This document shows positions 11,901-26,900 of a stretch of 64,000 nt of DNA, piece by piece. The notes beneath the pieces are model-generated. The model searched no databases. It had not been told where the DNA came from and saw only the letters and a program-made list of their open reading frames with translations. A program made the translations under genes and the position numbers. The stretch's first letter is position 1; every line of letters starts with the position of its first letter. The stretch is from Octopus vulgaris (lineage: Eukaryota), in NCBI GenBank assembly GCA_951406725.2, contig OX597818.1, forward strand, positions 23,560,001 to 23,624,000, given 5' to 3'.

Positions 11901-14900
11901 CCCAATTTTCCATGACAGGTTAGGACCTGCATACTCCAAATGGATGCATGCTATGACACTTAGTTGTATTAGCTCATCAATTACTTCACAAATGTTTTGT
12001 CATCAATGCTGCACTTTCTCATATCACCTGTTTTAACATAACTGTAATATATATACAAGCTATGCCATTTTAATCCCAAGCAACGCCAGGTATCTCTGCT
12101 AGTTACATATAAATAAGTATAAATTTAGGAGTATAGTGTAATGTCAGGAGCCACACAAAAATGTGTGTATATATATTTTAAAACCCAAACCATATTTATT
12201 TTATTTCCTAAGGACAGTGGGTTGACTGAATCAGCATACTGGCAAGCAAAATACTTTACGATTTATTATTACATCTCTTGTTACATGCACGCAGCCTACC
12301 GTGCTAATGATTCTGCCAGCTTACTACCAATGACTTTATGTGTATCAAATGCACATCTGTGTTTATTTATACATGTGCTTTAAATGTATGAAAGTAAACA
12401 TGTTTTATCATGATTGGTTGTGCTTTGATGAAATCGTTGATAAAAACCATCAGTGAAGAAGTAAAGGAAAACTAATTAATAACATTAGTTATGTGGAGTG
12501 ATGGAAGAGGGATAGTACTTTTTAATATCAGTTAGTACATTTCATTCAAGTTTTAGTTAACAAAAAAATTTTTTGTAGTATGTTTTACTTATTTATTTGC
12601 AGCAAGAATTTTATTTATACATGTGGTTTTTCTTTTTTGGTATTTTTTTCATTCCATATAGTTTACAAAACTACACAACCTGTTCCAACTACAACTAAGT
12701 CAAGTTCCTTGCCCAGATGTAATGGTGTAGAATTCCAGTGTGACAATGGCTTTTGTATTTTTGCCAGTGAACGTTGTGATGGCATCAATGACTGTGATGA
12801 TAACTCAGATGAAGAAAACTGTAAGTAACAAATTGTATATTACAAAGTATAATTGTTATAGTTCTAAGAATGTTAAAAAGAAAATAAAAATACTCAAGAT
12901 TTTCCAAGTTAATTCAGGTGAGATACAAGAAAAACGTGATTTCCAAATACTGAAGTAAAAAAAAATAAAATACAAAATATAGCAGCTTTAGACCAGTAAT
13001 TCCATAACTATTTTAGGACACTGGTCCTCTTGTCTTCTTAAAGACAATATTTGCTATTAAAGTCTTGTTCAGAATTGTATATATTATAGAAGATTATAAT
13101 ACTTCAAAATTCAAAACAGTAACAAATAGTTTCATAATTTATTCAAAATTAATTTTGCAAGGTGACGGTCAGTATAAATAGACTAGATATAGTTTCACTA
13201 CTACTCACTAAGCTCTGAATTTCTGAAATACTCTGATGAATTTTTACCATATATTTTCCTGTATATTTCTATCATGAGTCTTGTGAGTGGATTTGACAGA
13301 TGGAAACTGAAAGAAGTCTGTCACATATATACATTTATAATACACCTGTATATATATATGTGTATGTGTGTATGTTTGCATCTCCTTGTCTTGACATCGC
13401 ATGATTTTTTAAAAATGAAAATCATTTCCAATGTTTTAAGAAAACATGTCTAGGGAAATTATTACCTTGCTTGGAAACAGCTAAGGTTGACAACTGGAAG
13501 GGTTCTGGCCCTTAGAAAATATGCGTCTGAACGCATAGAAGATCTGCATCTGTGTTGAAACAATGATGACAATAGCAATGATCTGGATTTCTTTTTGTCA
13601 TTCATATATATTCCTCATAGTCTTCAGCATTTCATTGAGTTGCTTGATGTTATTTGTCAAAGGTAAACCAGCAGGACCAAGAAATGAAATTTGTGGCTTA
13701 GACCAATGTTAAAAATCATTGTCGAATTTGCTAATGGGCATGATTAGTGGAGCATCAGACAAAATATTTTGCAGTGTTTAGCTATAATCCTGAGTTCAAA
13801 CTTTGATAAGGTCAGCTTTGTTTTTCATCAGCGTCATCATTGCTTATCATCCACCTTCCATACTGGCATGGGTGGGACAGGAGCCGGTGAGGCAGAAGCC
13901 TGCACCAGACTTCTCCAACTGTTTTGGCAAGATTTTTACAGCTGGATGTCCTTAGAATCTATATAGCACCAGTCAACTACTGGGGAGTAATTTAATCAAT
14001 TCTACTCTCTCGCTTAAATGTGTGGCTTTTTGCCATTATTGGAAATCAGTATTATAGTTTTCACTTATCTTTAGTTATATATTTTTTGGTATTATTGCTA
14101 CTATAACTGTTATTTTTACCTTTTCAAGGTTTCCTTTCTCCTCCACCACCAAGCTGTAAAGCAGATGAATTTCAGTGCACTGCTGATAGAAAGTGCATCC
14201 TAACAAGGATGCAATGTGATGGCCATGTAGACTGCTCTGATCGAAGTGATGAAGAATATTGTCGTAAGTAAAGAGAACCCTTATTATACCAAACTAATAC
14301 GAGAGTGGGTTGTCCATGTTCACTGATTGTGATGATATGGGTTGATATTGTATATGTGTATAAGGAAAAGATATACATTATAAACAATAGCAAAATTACA
14401 GGGGAAAAGGATGTTAAATGGTAATGATGATGATTTAATAATACAGAAGGTAAAAATTAACAAGTTCTAGTAGTGATTCTGCTATGTGAGCAAGGTCATC
14501 AGCATAGAGTAGCTCCCAGGGGCAGCCTGTCTTGAATTCCTCTGTTATTGCCTGGATGACTATGATGAATAAGAGGGGGCTGAGGTCTGATCCTTGGTGA
14601 ACCCCTACTTCTACCCGGAATTTCTCACTATACTCATTGCCGACCCTTACCTTACTTACAGCATCCCTGTACAAGGCCTGTACAGCTCTTATTAACCACT
14701 TGTCAATCCCCAGTTTCCGCATCACCCACCAGACAAGGTGATCGGGGGACCCTATCAAAGGCTTTCTCCAAGTCAACAAAAGCCAAGTATAGGGGTTTAA
14801 CTTTGGCTTGGTATATTTCTCCTACAGTTGCTATACCAAGAATATAGCATCAGTGGTGCTTCTACCTGGCGCAAAACTGAACTGCATCTCATCTAAGCAG

Positions 14901-17900
14901 ACTCTCTCCCTAATTAGTTGGGCTATGACCTTCTCTGTGACCTTTATCACCTGATCCAGCAGTTTGATACCCCTGTAATTATCTCTATCTAAAGCATCAC
15001 TTTTATCTTTGTAACAGTTGACTATGGTGCTACTATGCCAAATGTACTGCTAATTTTGTCATAAGTTGATCAATTGATTAAATTAATATTTGTGTGTTAT
15101 GGAGATGTATTTTACCTTCTCCAGATGAGGGAAAGCAGACAACATGAGTGGAACAAGCCAAAATGCTACCATCTTGCTTGTCTTTGTTATCTGTTTTAAG
15201 TCATGTATTGTTAATCTATACAAACTGCTTATCCTATACAAGACTGGATTTTTTTGTTTTTTTTGATGGGTGGGTGGGAAAGAATATAGACAGCCAAACA
15301 ATTTCTCTCTTTGTTCCTTTCCTTATTTCATAATTCATGTATGTTTCCTTATTCTGCAACCCCTCCCCACCCTATTACACTATCCTTTCCTTTTGTAACC
15401 ATTCCTGTAAGCTATTAGGGAAGTATAGCAAATACATAGGTGTGTGCAGTTCAAATATATTATATTTAGAAATAGATTCCATTGTTTAATGAAATAATTA
15501 TTCTGTCGTCTATGGTTGAAAAACAATAGCCAAATCAAGCTTTTATTTTTATTAAAGCCTTGGGATAGGTCAGTGAGTCAATTATATAGATTTGTGACTT
15601 CATGAGTTGAAGTTTGACGTATATGAAATTAATTGCACCAATCCTTAAGCACTAAAATAAAATAGGAAGTATCTATTAATATTTTGGGATAATTGGTGCG
15701 GATGAGAGAAAAACAAGTATAAAAATCACAATGGGAAAATATATTTGGAAAATAATTTTTTATCTGATTTTTAAAATTTTAACATTTTAAAATTTTCTTT
15801 AACAATTGGTTAAAGTTTCAATATCACTTTCTGTTTTTTGTTCTTTTTATGTATTTTTTTAACTAGCATCAGGCAATGAACATAAATGTGAAGGATTTTC
15901 ATTCCGCTGTACAAATGGTATGTGTATTCACATGTCATGGACTTGTGATGGTGAGAACGACTGCAATGATAATTCTGATGAAGAAAATTGTCCAACCATT
16001 GAAAAATGTGGAGAAGGCATGTTTCACTGCGTACAATCCCCTGGCTGCATTCCACAAAGCTCTATTTGCAATGGTATCAATGAATGCATTGATCATTCAG
16101 ATGAAAGGGATTGTTACTACAACCACTCGAGTAACGGTGAGTACTTTACGTCATGGCTATTTTGAGGGAAGCAACTGATTTGTCTGAACTTCTAGAAATT
16201 GTCATATTAATAGAGAACAGCTAGATTTTGATATGGTCTTGTCTGTCTGTCCTTCTAGATTTAATGCAAGAGAAAAAGTTACAAGATGATTAGCTTCACA
16301 GGTATCAAGGAAAATATATCCTAATATGAAGCAACATTACAAGTAATCATTATTTGCTTGGAATATTGAGAAAGAAATTGGCAGATTTGGGGAAGATAAT
16401 GAAATGAAATAAGAATAGGAACATTCTTTATTATTTAAGAGTCAGCCATTTGTGACCTGTCTAAATATGTTAAAATGAGAACATTTCTGGAAAGCAGAAG
16501 CCATGTTTAGTTACAGTAACAGAAACTTAAAATTCACAACATTCAACAATATTTTGTTGTGGCTGACAGTTCCATTTTTCTCTCCCCCACCCCCGGAGAA
16601 GTTAACATCTTTTTAATGCTTTTGATACCAAACTACCCAAGGCCACTTGGATCTTATTCAAACTTCCTGCTTTAAAGTAATCTAAATTAAAACCTTCTAT
16701 CAAGATTTCTTATTAATCTATGTTCCAAACACAAAATTAGTACTGACAAAATTATTTTACTAAATTTTTCATTATTTTCAAAATTAATTGAAACAAAGTT
16801 AATGTATTTCAGTAGAAATATTGTAACAAAAGGGGTAGAAGATTAGTTTTAGAGAGAGACTTGAACTATTTTTTTATGCCAACATAAGCCAGAGTTGGAA
16901 TGGATTATATTTAAGGACACCTTCAGTGATGTTAGTAATATAACAACAGTTGCCTTTATAATTATTATTTGAACAATTTCATCTAGATTGTTCATGTAGA
17001 TAAATACTATAAGGACAAATACAGAGTTGATTCCTTCTATTTTCTCTCATAATTTCTGTATATCAAAGCCGCTTAGTTGTTAAGTGAAAATTTGTTTAAA
17101 AAGTAGAATAAATAAATCAAATGTATTTCATTTTACTAAGATAAAAATGTATTATTAAATATGTTGAAGAAAAATCAGTCTATTGAATAGCTTTGTCCTA
17201 AGCTATGAACTCCAAACTACTACATTTCTTGTTTTGATTTTCAGGATTTAACAGGCCCCCAAAGTCATGTGCTGACTATGAGTTCTTATGTGAACCTGAT
17301 AGTGACAGGTGTTTACCTTACTGGAAAGCATGTGACAGTCACATTGATTGTCTTAATGGCCGGGATGAAGAATTTGGAATGTGTAAAGGTTAGTGCCATT
17401 GTATATGATGAATGCATAAACTTCAATGATTATTATATGGTAGTTGTGTAAATGAAGCTAGTGTTAAGACTGTAGCCATGCTGGGGCACTGCCATGGAGA
17501 ATTTTTTTGAAGTCAAATGTTTCTATACAATATGAATTGTCTAGGTATTTTCTCTAGAGCTTATTATAAAATCCCATCCATTTCTGAGCCTAAATTGCTG
17601 TGACTGTCAAAGTATCTCTAGAGCAGTTGTTGTTATTTAACACTTGGTCAGTCCTGACTGAGCAGGCTTATGTCAAAGGCATTTCATTCATGGTCACTCT
17701 GTTCTCTCTTCAGCATTGCATATCTAGGACTACATTTTCCAATGTGCTCCCAATGCACCCACCTCCCAAAAAACTTTAAAAATCTGTAGGATATGATTTT
17801 AAGAAAATTTGGCTGCTATTTCTAGCAGGTTGAACAATCATAGAAAGTCTCTTTTGTTAGATTTCCCAAGATGGGTTTTCAGTTGTTGAAAACTTATGTA

Positions 17901-20900
17901 GAGAAAGAAATCTGTGCACAACCTCAGCATTTTTAAAACTTTTAACTAGCTTAATTTCATAGACAATTCTACAGTTAATTATTCCTATCTGAAGTCCTTG
18001 TTCTCTGCCATCTTTTCTGTGCAACCATTGCCTACAGAGAATGTACAGTATTCAGTTTTCATCTGCATAGTGGCTTCAAATTTTGGCACAAGGCTAGCAA
18101 TTTTAGGGTTGGGAGATAGTTGATTACATTGACCCCCTGTACTCATTTTATCAACTTTGAAAGAATGAAAGCAAAGTCAATTTCAGTGGAATTTTAACTC
18201 AGAACATGAAGAGCTGGAAGAAATACCACTAAGCATTTTATCCAATGTGCTAAAGATTCTGCTTGCTCACTGCCTTTCACTTACAATTTGATTTATGTTC
18301 CTTGTCAAATGGCACAAGGATTTTGTGTTTTCAGTTTCTAATTAGACTTTAGGACCTATTAGAGCAAAAAGATATCATCTTCATTTGCTTTTTATGTGAA
18401 ATTCTTGTTTAATATGAAAATTTTTCCTTTTTCAAGAGGAAGTGCGTGTGCCTAATCTGTGGTATACCAAAGTGACCAGCAACAGTGTTTTACTTTCATG
18501 GGAGGCAACCAAACATTTCTCCAGCAATATATCCTATATGCCAAGTATTGTGTAAGTTGAAATTTAACCTCTTAACATACACATTTTTTTTTTTCAATTT
18601 CCATACAAAATTTTTTTTTTTTAAATATTTTGAATGTATATATATATGGAACAATAAATACACAAATTATTTTGGATTAGTTATGATTTATTATAAACTT
18701 ACTGATAGAAAGGATAGTGGATGATAGAAAATGGGAATAACATTATGAACAAAGTATTTTGGGTTAGAAATAAGTGACAGATATCTCAGATATCTCAGTA
18801 TATTTTTGATCAAATATATATTTACGAGACATCTCTGAACAAAAATATATAGGATATGTTAAGAGGGTAATGGAATTATCATGAACTTCCATCTTCCCCA
18901 TTCTTTTTCTCTTTTGTGCATTTATGTGTATATATCATCTGTTCATTTGTTTTTATACTTATCTTTTTCCTCATGCTAGTATGAGTTAGGTGAATACATA
19001 TTATTGAAGAACTGTTTTACATCCAAATGCCTTTCCTGTTTCTCATCCTTACCTGTTTTTCAAATAAGGGATTTTTTTGTTCCAATCTCTTTGAAAGTGT
19101 AGAATGAGGGGTTGATTTGTCGACTTTTCATGAGAAGCACAGAATGTAAACTCACAAAAACACATGCACATACAACCATACCCCCCTCACACACATATAT
19201 ACAACAATCTTCTGTACAGTTCTTGTCTCCCAAATTCACACTCACAAGGTATTGGTTGGTTCAATGCTTTAATAGGATATACTTGCACAGAGCCACACTT
19301 TCACTTTCTCTCCTTCAAATTGGGTGTCAGCTGCCAAGTTATCCACAGTGCATACACTTTCCAATGTCCAGATTCTTCTCCCATCTTCTGTAATATATTG
19401 TGACCACAGTCAGTTGTGCAGCAAACTCATACTGTGACTCGTTTGTCCACATCAATAAATATGTCTGCTCACTGGAAATTCATGTCAGGGATGGAAATTC
19501 ATGTCAGGGGTCACAGATGATGGTTTCCTACTACATGGTTTGTCTTCTTGCTGGTTTCATCTTGTTTAAACTTCATCAATCTGTGTATGTCAGTGGTATA
19601 ATCTCCATACACAACCTTTAGTCTTCTGTGGATGTTGGACAGCCTGCACGCCACTTTTGACAAAAACTGAATAAGTGAATGTTGCTTCTGCTTGGAACCC
19701 ATTATTTGCCTGCAATTAAGAAGAACAGGAAGAAGAGTCATGAAAGAAAATGAATTACTTTGCTGACATGTGCAATTTGAACAATTTTTGTGGTTAAAAA
19801 TTTAAGTTATGCCTGCTTTTGATTTATTTCTGGTACAGCCCTCATATTTAAGTGTACACTGAGTGCTGTTGCTGATGCTGCATCAAAAAGCATCAGAGTT
19901 GGTGCCGCTTAAAAAGCACCCAGTACACTTTGTAAAATGGTTAGCATTAGGAAGGGCATCCAGCTGTAGAAACCATGGCAAAACAGATAATGGAACTTTG
20001 CTACAGCTCCCAGCCTTGCCAGTTCCTGTCAAACTGTCCAACCCATGTTAGAATGGAAAACAAATGTTAAATGATGATGAATGGAAAACAAATGTTAAAT
20101 GATGATGATGAGTACCATGTATTCAATATGAGCAATGGATGCACAGATAAAATAGTCAGTCCTAATAGATTACAAGGACTGCAGATTGGCATAATTAACA
20201 GTAGAAATGCCTACAAATTGAAGCCTATAAAAGATTTTTAAAAAGTGTGCAACAGAATAATATTTGATAATATCTGCTCTACCTTTGTCAGCACAAATCA
20301 TGTACCCACACACCTACCAGTCCATTCACACACACACACACATCTAGCAAGTATGAATTGGTTTTATATACCATGATTTCACTAATTGTTTTTGGCGTCT
20401 CTGTAGTCACAAGCAGACATAGGCACCCACTCACTACTTCCATTCTTGACCCAGCATGACATCCTGGATGTGACAACCAGAAGGGAAAGAGAGCTGCACT
20501 AGTACTCAGCTGGCACTCATTTCAGCTGAGTAGATTAGAGTAATGCAAAATGCAGTGTCTTGCTCAAGGACACAATATGCTGCCCCTTACAAGAATCAAA
20601 TCCACGGTCTTCTTATAATGAACCCAACATCCTAATCACTTGCTTATGTGCCTTCAACTCTAGATGTATAAGATGAATGCATGGCTGGGAATTTGTGTGT
20701 GTTTGCGAGTAAATATGAGCATAATGTTATATTTGTTGTATAATTACATCTATGATTGTATCTTTCTGCAGAGATGTGCCATCAAATACATGGCTGAACC
20801 GCAGCATCACCAAGAAAACCACCTACAATTTTACCAACCTAAAACCAGCAACCATCTACTATTTGTTTGTATCTGTGAAGGTCGCCAATGCCACCGGTAG

Positions 20901-23900
20901 CCGTATCTACAGCCCTGTGCATTTTGTTCCAGTGAAGACAAATGATGGCTGTAAGCATTCTTCAATGTTGTTGTTGTAGTAGTTGTTTAGCTTCAAATTA
21001 GACCTGATTGAGGAGAACTATGATGAAAGGCTTTCCAGCTAAGCCCATCTCATCTTTTTTTCATACATATTATATCCAATACTTCATTATCTAAAGTATC
21101 CCTTAGTTTTTTTTTAATATGGTCAGATGTAATTTGGGGGAGACCCAACCACCATTTCCAGCAAGTTGAGCAACCTCATAAAGGCTCTCTCTCTTTTGGT
21201 TGATATTATTGTTGCTGCTGCTCTTGTTGTTATTGTTTTATTATGTCAAGAACTACATTACCATAAGTGTTCTTTTTTAAGCCTGGAATCTATGATTTGT
21301 TGATATTAATTGAACATGATACTAATATATTATTAACTTTTTCTCCTGTGCACAAGGAATTTTTGCTGCATTTTGGGGCATTGTTAGTCAAATATAATTA
21401 ACTTGATCCCAATATTTTATTCCTGAAGAGAAGAAAAGTTTGATTTTAGTTAAGAAATATGAAACTCCTTAAGCTATACCATAGATCCTCTTGGATATTT
21501 CTTTATCACTTATTTAAGCTACCTTGTACTTAGAGAGCTAATATTTAATAAGACTGTTGTGTTGGCCAAGGGCTAATATTAAAATCCTCATTTAGATTAC
21601 CTCTATGATATATGCACAGACTGCAGAAAGTATATTCTAGACATAGGCACAAGACCTATGACATACGGAAAGTGGAAATTGAGGTTTTTTCTTGTGGACA
21701 TAAGCAGCATAACTGAATTTATATGATAAGAAGTGAATTGATTTCAAATGGGAATTGAAACTAAGCTATAGAATCAGCTTCATATATTTTAACCTGTACT
21801 CTATGGCTGAAAATTAATTAATTAATACAAGATTCTATCTTAGAATGTCTAATATTTTTTTCTTTATGTTTTGCAGTTCCTAGCAAACCTGTGCACTGTT
21901 CTGTCCACCAAGATGGAAATGGAGGTCTCATTGCCAGTTGGAAGAAACCAAATTATCCAAGGGGAAAGCTTATTTACTATCTAGTGAGTATGAAATTGCT
22001 TTGTAATTGAGGTGCAATTTTCTTCTCTAATAATACCGATAACATTAGCATGAGTGTATAGTTAAAAGCATTTCACTGATTAATTTCTACTTTATCATTG
22101 TATCTGAAGAAAAGAACCACTGTCTCTACTTTAAGAGGGAGGAGGGAGATGGGTAAAATTGGTGTGATAACTGTGGAGGGAACCTGTAGTAGAGGTAGAC
22201 CCGGGAAGACATGGGACGAGGTGGGGAAGCATGATCTTCGAACTTTAAACTTCACAGAGGCAATGACTAGTAATCAGACCTTTGGTGATGTGTTGTGCTT
22301 AAGAGGACCTGTCAAGCCAAGTGCACCTATGCTGGTGGCACGTAAAGAATACTTTTGAACGTTGGGCCTGACAGAGGCAAAGTGGTTGAGTTCCTTATGA
22401 GCATTGGGCCTCATGGAGGCAAAGTGGCAGAGTCCCTTTCAGGTGTTGAGTCCCATGGGGGCAAAGTGGCCAAATTTCTTTCTAGTATTGGGCCTCATGG
22501 AGGCAGTGACCAAGACCTTTGGCATTATGTCATGCTTGAGAAGAAGACCCATCAAGCCGAGCAAAATCACGGTTGTAGCAGATACTGGTGTGGTGCAAGT
22601 GGCACATAATCGCACCTATTACACTCTCAGAGTGACTGGTATTAGGAAGGGCACCCAGCTGTAGAAAACTATGAAAACTATGCCAGCCCAGTGAAACTGT
22701 CCAACCCATGCCAGCATAGACAACAGATGTTAAATGATGATGATGATGAGTGTTCCTGGGAAAACATTATTCAGTATGTCCTTTCTTAAAACCATCAGGT
22801 GTGATGTAAGAGATATTTCGTCTCTATTTCTAGCAGGTTGAGTGACAACATAGAGGCTCACTTGGTGGTTCATATCTGCACATTTAACATCCAGTGTTCA
22901 TCATCCATTTGCATAAAATATCTATGTTGAAGTTCTTGACTCTTTGCACACATTAGCAAACTCCTTCAAAATTGCAGCATCAGTTTTTCATTATCCTCCA
23001 ATCTTGCCATTTTCTTTTGCAGGTTACCATTGAAGACACAAGCATTGGGAACCAATACAGAATTGGTGTCAAAGACACTAGTCAATCAAACTATTCAGTA
23101 ACCCTGACTTCTCAGCCCTTAATAAAGAATCACACTTTTATCATAAAGGTAAGCCTGCTTTTTTAATTCATCCTTCATTACTAATAGCTGTGAGCTTGTC
23201 CATCTCTTCTCTCTCTTTGTGATTTCACTACATTAAATATTGTTTAAACATTGCAAAGTGTAAGAACTTTGAATTTTTAAAGAAAATATAATATATATTT
23301 CTTTATTACCCACAAGGGGCTAAACATAGAGAGGACAAACAAGGACAGACAAAGGTATTAAGTCGATTACATCGACCCCAGTGCATAACTGGTACTTAAT
23401 TTATCGACCCTGAAAGGACAAAAGGCAAAGTCGACCTCGGCAGAATTTGAACTCAGAACGTAACGGCAGATGAAATACCGCTAAGCATTTCACCCGGCAT
23501 ACTAACGATTCTGTCAGCTCGCCGCCCTTTTTAAAGAAAATATAATGTGTGTAACATAGAAGTGAAAACACTGTTTGAATAAGATATTGAATAGATAACT
23601 AAAAACCTGTGCTCAAATCCATTATGTATGTATCTGGGTAGTAAATTGCCTTAGTTCACCTAACCCTGGAGAATAAGCATAAAACATTTCTCTGGAAATG
23701 TTGCCTAAGATAGATTAGCATCTGATCCAAAACAATGGTCTTTTAAACCCCATTAGGGCTTAAAAGACTTTAAAAAAACTTTTTTTGCTTGTATATAATG
23801 CTGCAACATCTCTAATACTGTTCTGACAAAGTATAAATCCATGTTCTATGCTGGCATGGGTTAGTATTAAATATATATCAATTTCGTAACTAATTTCATT

Positions 23901-26900
23901 GTTTAAACTTGGTCATTATGTTGTAACTATAACTTCGCCTATCTTTGTCTGCCCCCTTTCTCTCCCCCTCTCCCTACTGGAAGACTATTTCTTCCATCAG
24001 TTTAAATGGGAATATCAAAATTTACAAAAAGCACCCTACGCACGCTCACCTAAGAGGATGGGGCTCTCCAGACTTCAGTCAAACCGTCCAACCCATGCCA
24101 GCATGGAAAACGGACGTTAAATGATGATGATTATTTCATTTAATTTTCATTTTACCCTATCTCTTACTAATTTCTACTTCTTTCTTGCATTTTGACTTCA
24201 TTCTTCATTTTTATGAACTTATCATTCCTTCAACTTGAGACTCAGTAAAAAGAATAAAAAGCAACACTTAAGTATTATTTATATTTGGACAACCTGACAG
24301 GTTTATAAGAGAAATTGTGTAGAAGCCAATCCAGTAGTCAGTACCTTTAATTAAAAGGGAAAATTCTAATTTACTTCCTCAATAGCTACCCACCATCATT
24401 GTTTGTATAGTTAACTTGCCCAAAATGAACCTGATGGCGCCAACCTTTAATCCCTTATTCTAATTCTCACCGTCTTATGGGACACGTATCAATCACTTCA
24501 CACTCTTCTTGTTTTCTTCAATCTCCATATCATCTTCAGTCTATTACTTCCTTACCTTTTTCTATCTCATTTCTTTCCTCTCTCTCATAATTCTTCTCTC
24601 TTTGTTTTTCTCTCTCTCTCTCTCTCATCCCTTTTTGTTCTTGTCTCTTTTTCTGTACATTTCATTCTCTTCTGTCTCTTTATATGCATGTACATTTTTG
24701 TATTTCTGTATTAGATTCTTGCTGCAACCAGTTCAGGTGATGGTGTAGCCTGTGAAAATAATGTAACCTATGACAGAGGTGGAGTGATTAGTCCAGTTAC
24801 AGGACTTACAAAGAAGTCTGAAAATTATCAAGTTACTCTCTCTTGGAATCGGGTACCTAAGGCAAAAGCTTACAAAGTCATATATCTTGATATATGGAAT
24901 GCTGAACACCGCATTGATGTTCAGAAGGAAACTGTAACTAGTAAGTGAAATAATAATTTTTTTTTTAAATACCTCTTATACTGCTAAAGCTCCCCAGCTT
25001 ACCAGTTTTCAGTCAAAACAACCAACCCATGCCAGCATGGGAAATGGACATTAAAAGATGATGATGATGATGATGACGATGACTACCACCACCACCATCA
25101 TCATCTCCTTTTATACTACTAAGCTGAAGCGAAGTAACTTAGTGGTTTAAATTTTGAAGTATCAGTCTTTAGATTGAAATCTAAAAATAGGTGTTTTTTT
25201 GTATTGTTAATGGTATAGTGCCAGACTAGCCTTGATTCAGCAGACATATGGTGAAAGTGTTCAAACCTTGATCAAATTATGTTTTAATGCTTAATAAATC
25301 TAGAACTAAGCTATCTTGGATAACACATATCTCCTATTTTTAAGTCTTTTGAAAATATTTTTTTATCTCGCTCTCATTTATCATTGCATTGTGTCTTTAT
25401 GTTTGTGTTTGCCACCCCATACCACTTGACAACTGATGTTGGCTTGTTTACAACCCTATAACTTAGCAGTTTGAGGAAAAGTGACCGATAGAATATGTAC
25501 CAGACTTTAAAAAAAAAACCCATGAGTACAGAGGTTGATTGTTTGAGTAAAGTCTTCAATACAATGCCGAATTGCTAAGTTACAGGGATGTAAACACACC
25601 AACATCGGTTAGTGTTTTTGTGGGGTGACAAACACATACATACATATATATATGACAGGCTTATTTTCAGTTTCTGTCTACCAAATCCACTAACAAGGCT
25701 TTGGTCAGATTTTTTTTAAAAAATGAATACAAAATGTGAAGTGGACCTATTTTGTGAAAAAATGCTAAATTTTCTTTTTCATTCTATCATTTTGGATTTA
25801 ACAATCTGTATTATATATCTCTTAATTACTGTGTTGCTAACAGAGTAGTGTAAAATACTGTGTTTGGTTCTGGTATCTGTTCATCTTTAGTTCATAAGTA
25901 ATTGAAATATTGTTTTTCCATGCTTGCATGGGACGGATGGAATTTTCTTTTTTAGGTAGATTTTCAATGGCTAGATGCCCTTTCTTTTGTCATCCCTTAC
26001 CTGTTTCTAAGCAAGGTAATATTTTCCTATGACCAAAGATATTTCCTCAGAATATTGGAAATAAAGGACATTAATTTATAATCATGTGCTGTCAAGACCA
26101 GAAGACACAAACATACAGCAGACGCACACTCACACATAAAACGTGCCCTTCAATTTCTGTTTACCAAATCCACTCACAAGGCTTTGGTTACCTTGGGAAC
26201 TATAGTAGAAGATACTTCCTCAAAGTACCATGCAGTGGGGCTGAACCTGAAACCATTGGGTTGGGATGCAAACTTCTTAACCACATATTATTTTTCATTA
26301 TTATTGTTATTTAAATTTAATGTTTTAAAACGATATTTTTCATTTTCTCTTCATCAGTTGTTTTATTATATGAAATCTAAAAAAAGGTTGGGAACCCTTG
26401 TTCTAGTCACCCCTTGATGAATGTTTTTGATTCAGCGCTTGGCTCTGCTGGATATCAATTTTATCTGTTTATTCTTATGTTTTCTAATGATCTTTCCTGT
26501 TTGTTTCAGTTAATAACTTGGCTCCTGGCTGCAATTATTTAATCCGAGTCCAAGGTTACAATGATATATCAGCTGGTCCCCCTGTAGAGATATCTGTTCA
26601 CACAAAAGGTACAGGATCTTTGTTACTTGAACTATTTTTTTTGTTCTCTCATTTGCTTTATTTACATTTTTTATAATCATTATTTGTATTATTGTTATTG
26701 TTGTTGTTTAACCCCAAGTTAGCCTCAGTCAACCAGACCATTGGTTAGAGGTATCCAAACAATGATCATCCTGTCCTTTTTTTTTTTTGCTGCATGTGTA
26801 CTTTTCTGAAAAACTAGTTGAAAGAGATTTGGCTACTAACAGATTGAGTGACCATGAAATGGCTCTGTTGTTGGCTAGGTTAATTTTAGTTTTATGCTTC

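Noticed and set aside
20051-20110. 28-bp tandem duplication at an RTE tail (similar 19-bp duplication at ~19474-19510)
   Set aside because: Ordinary slippage in decayed TEs.
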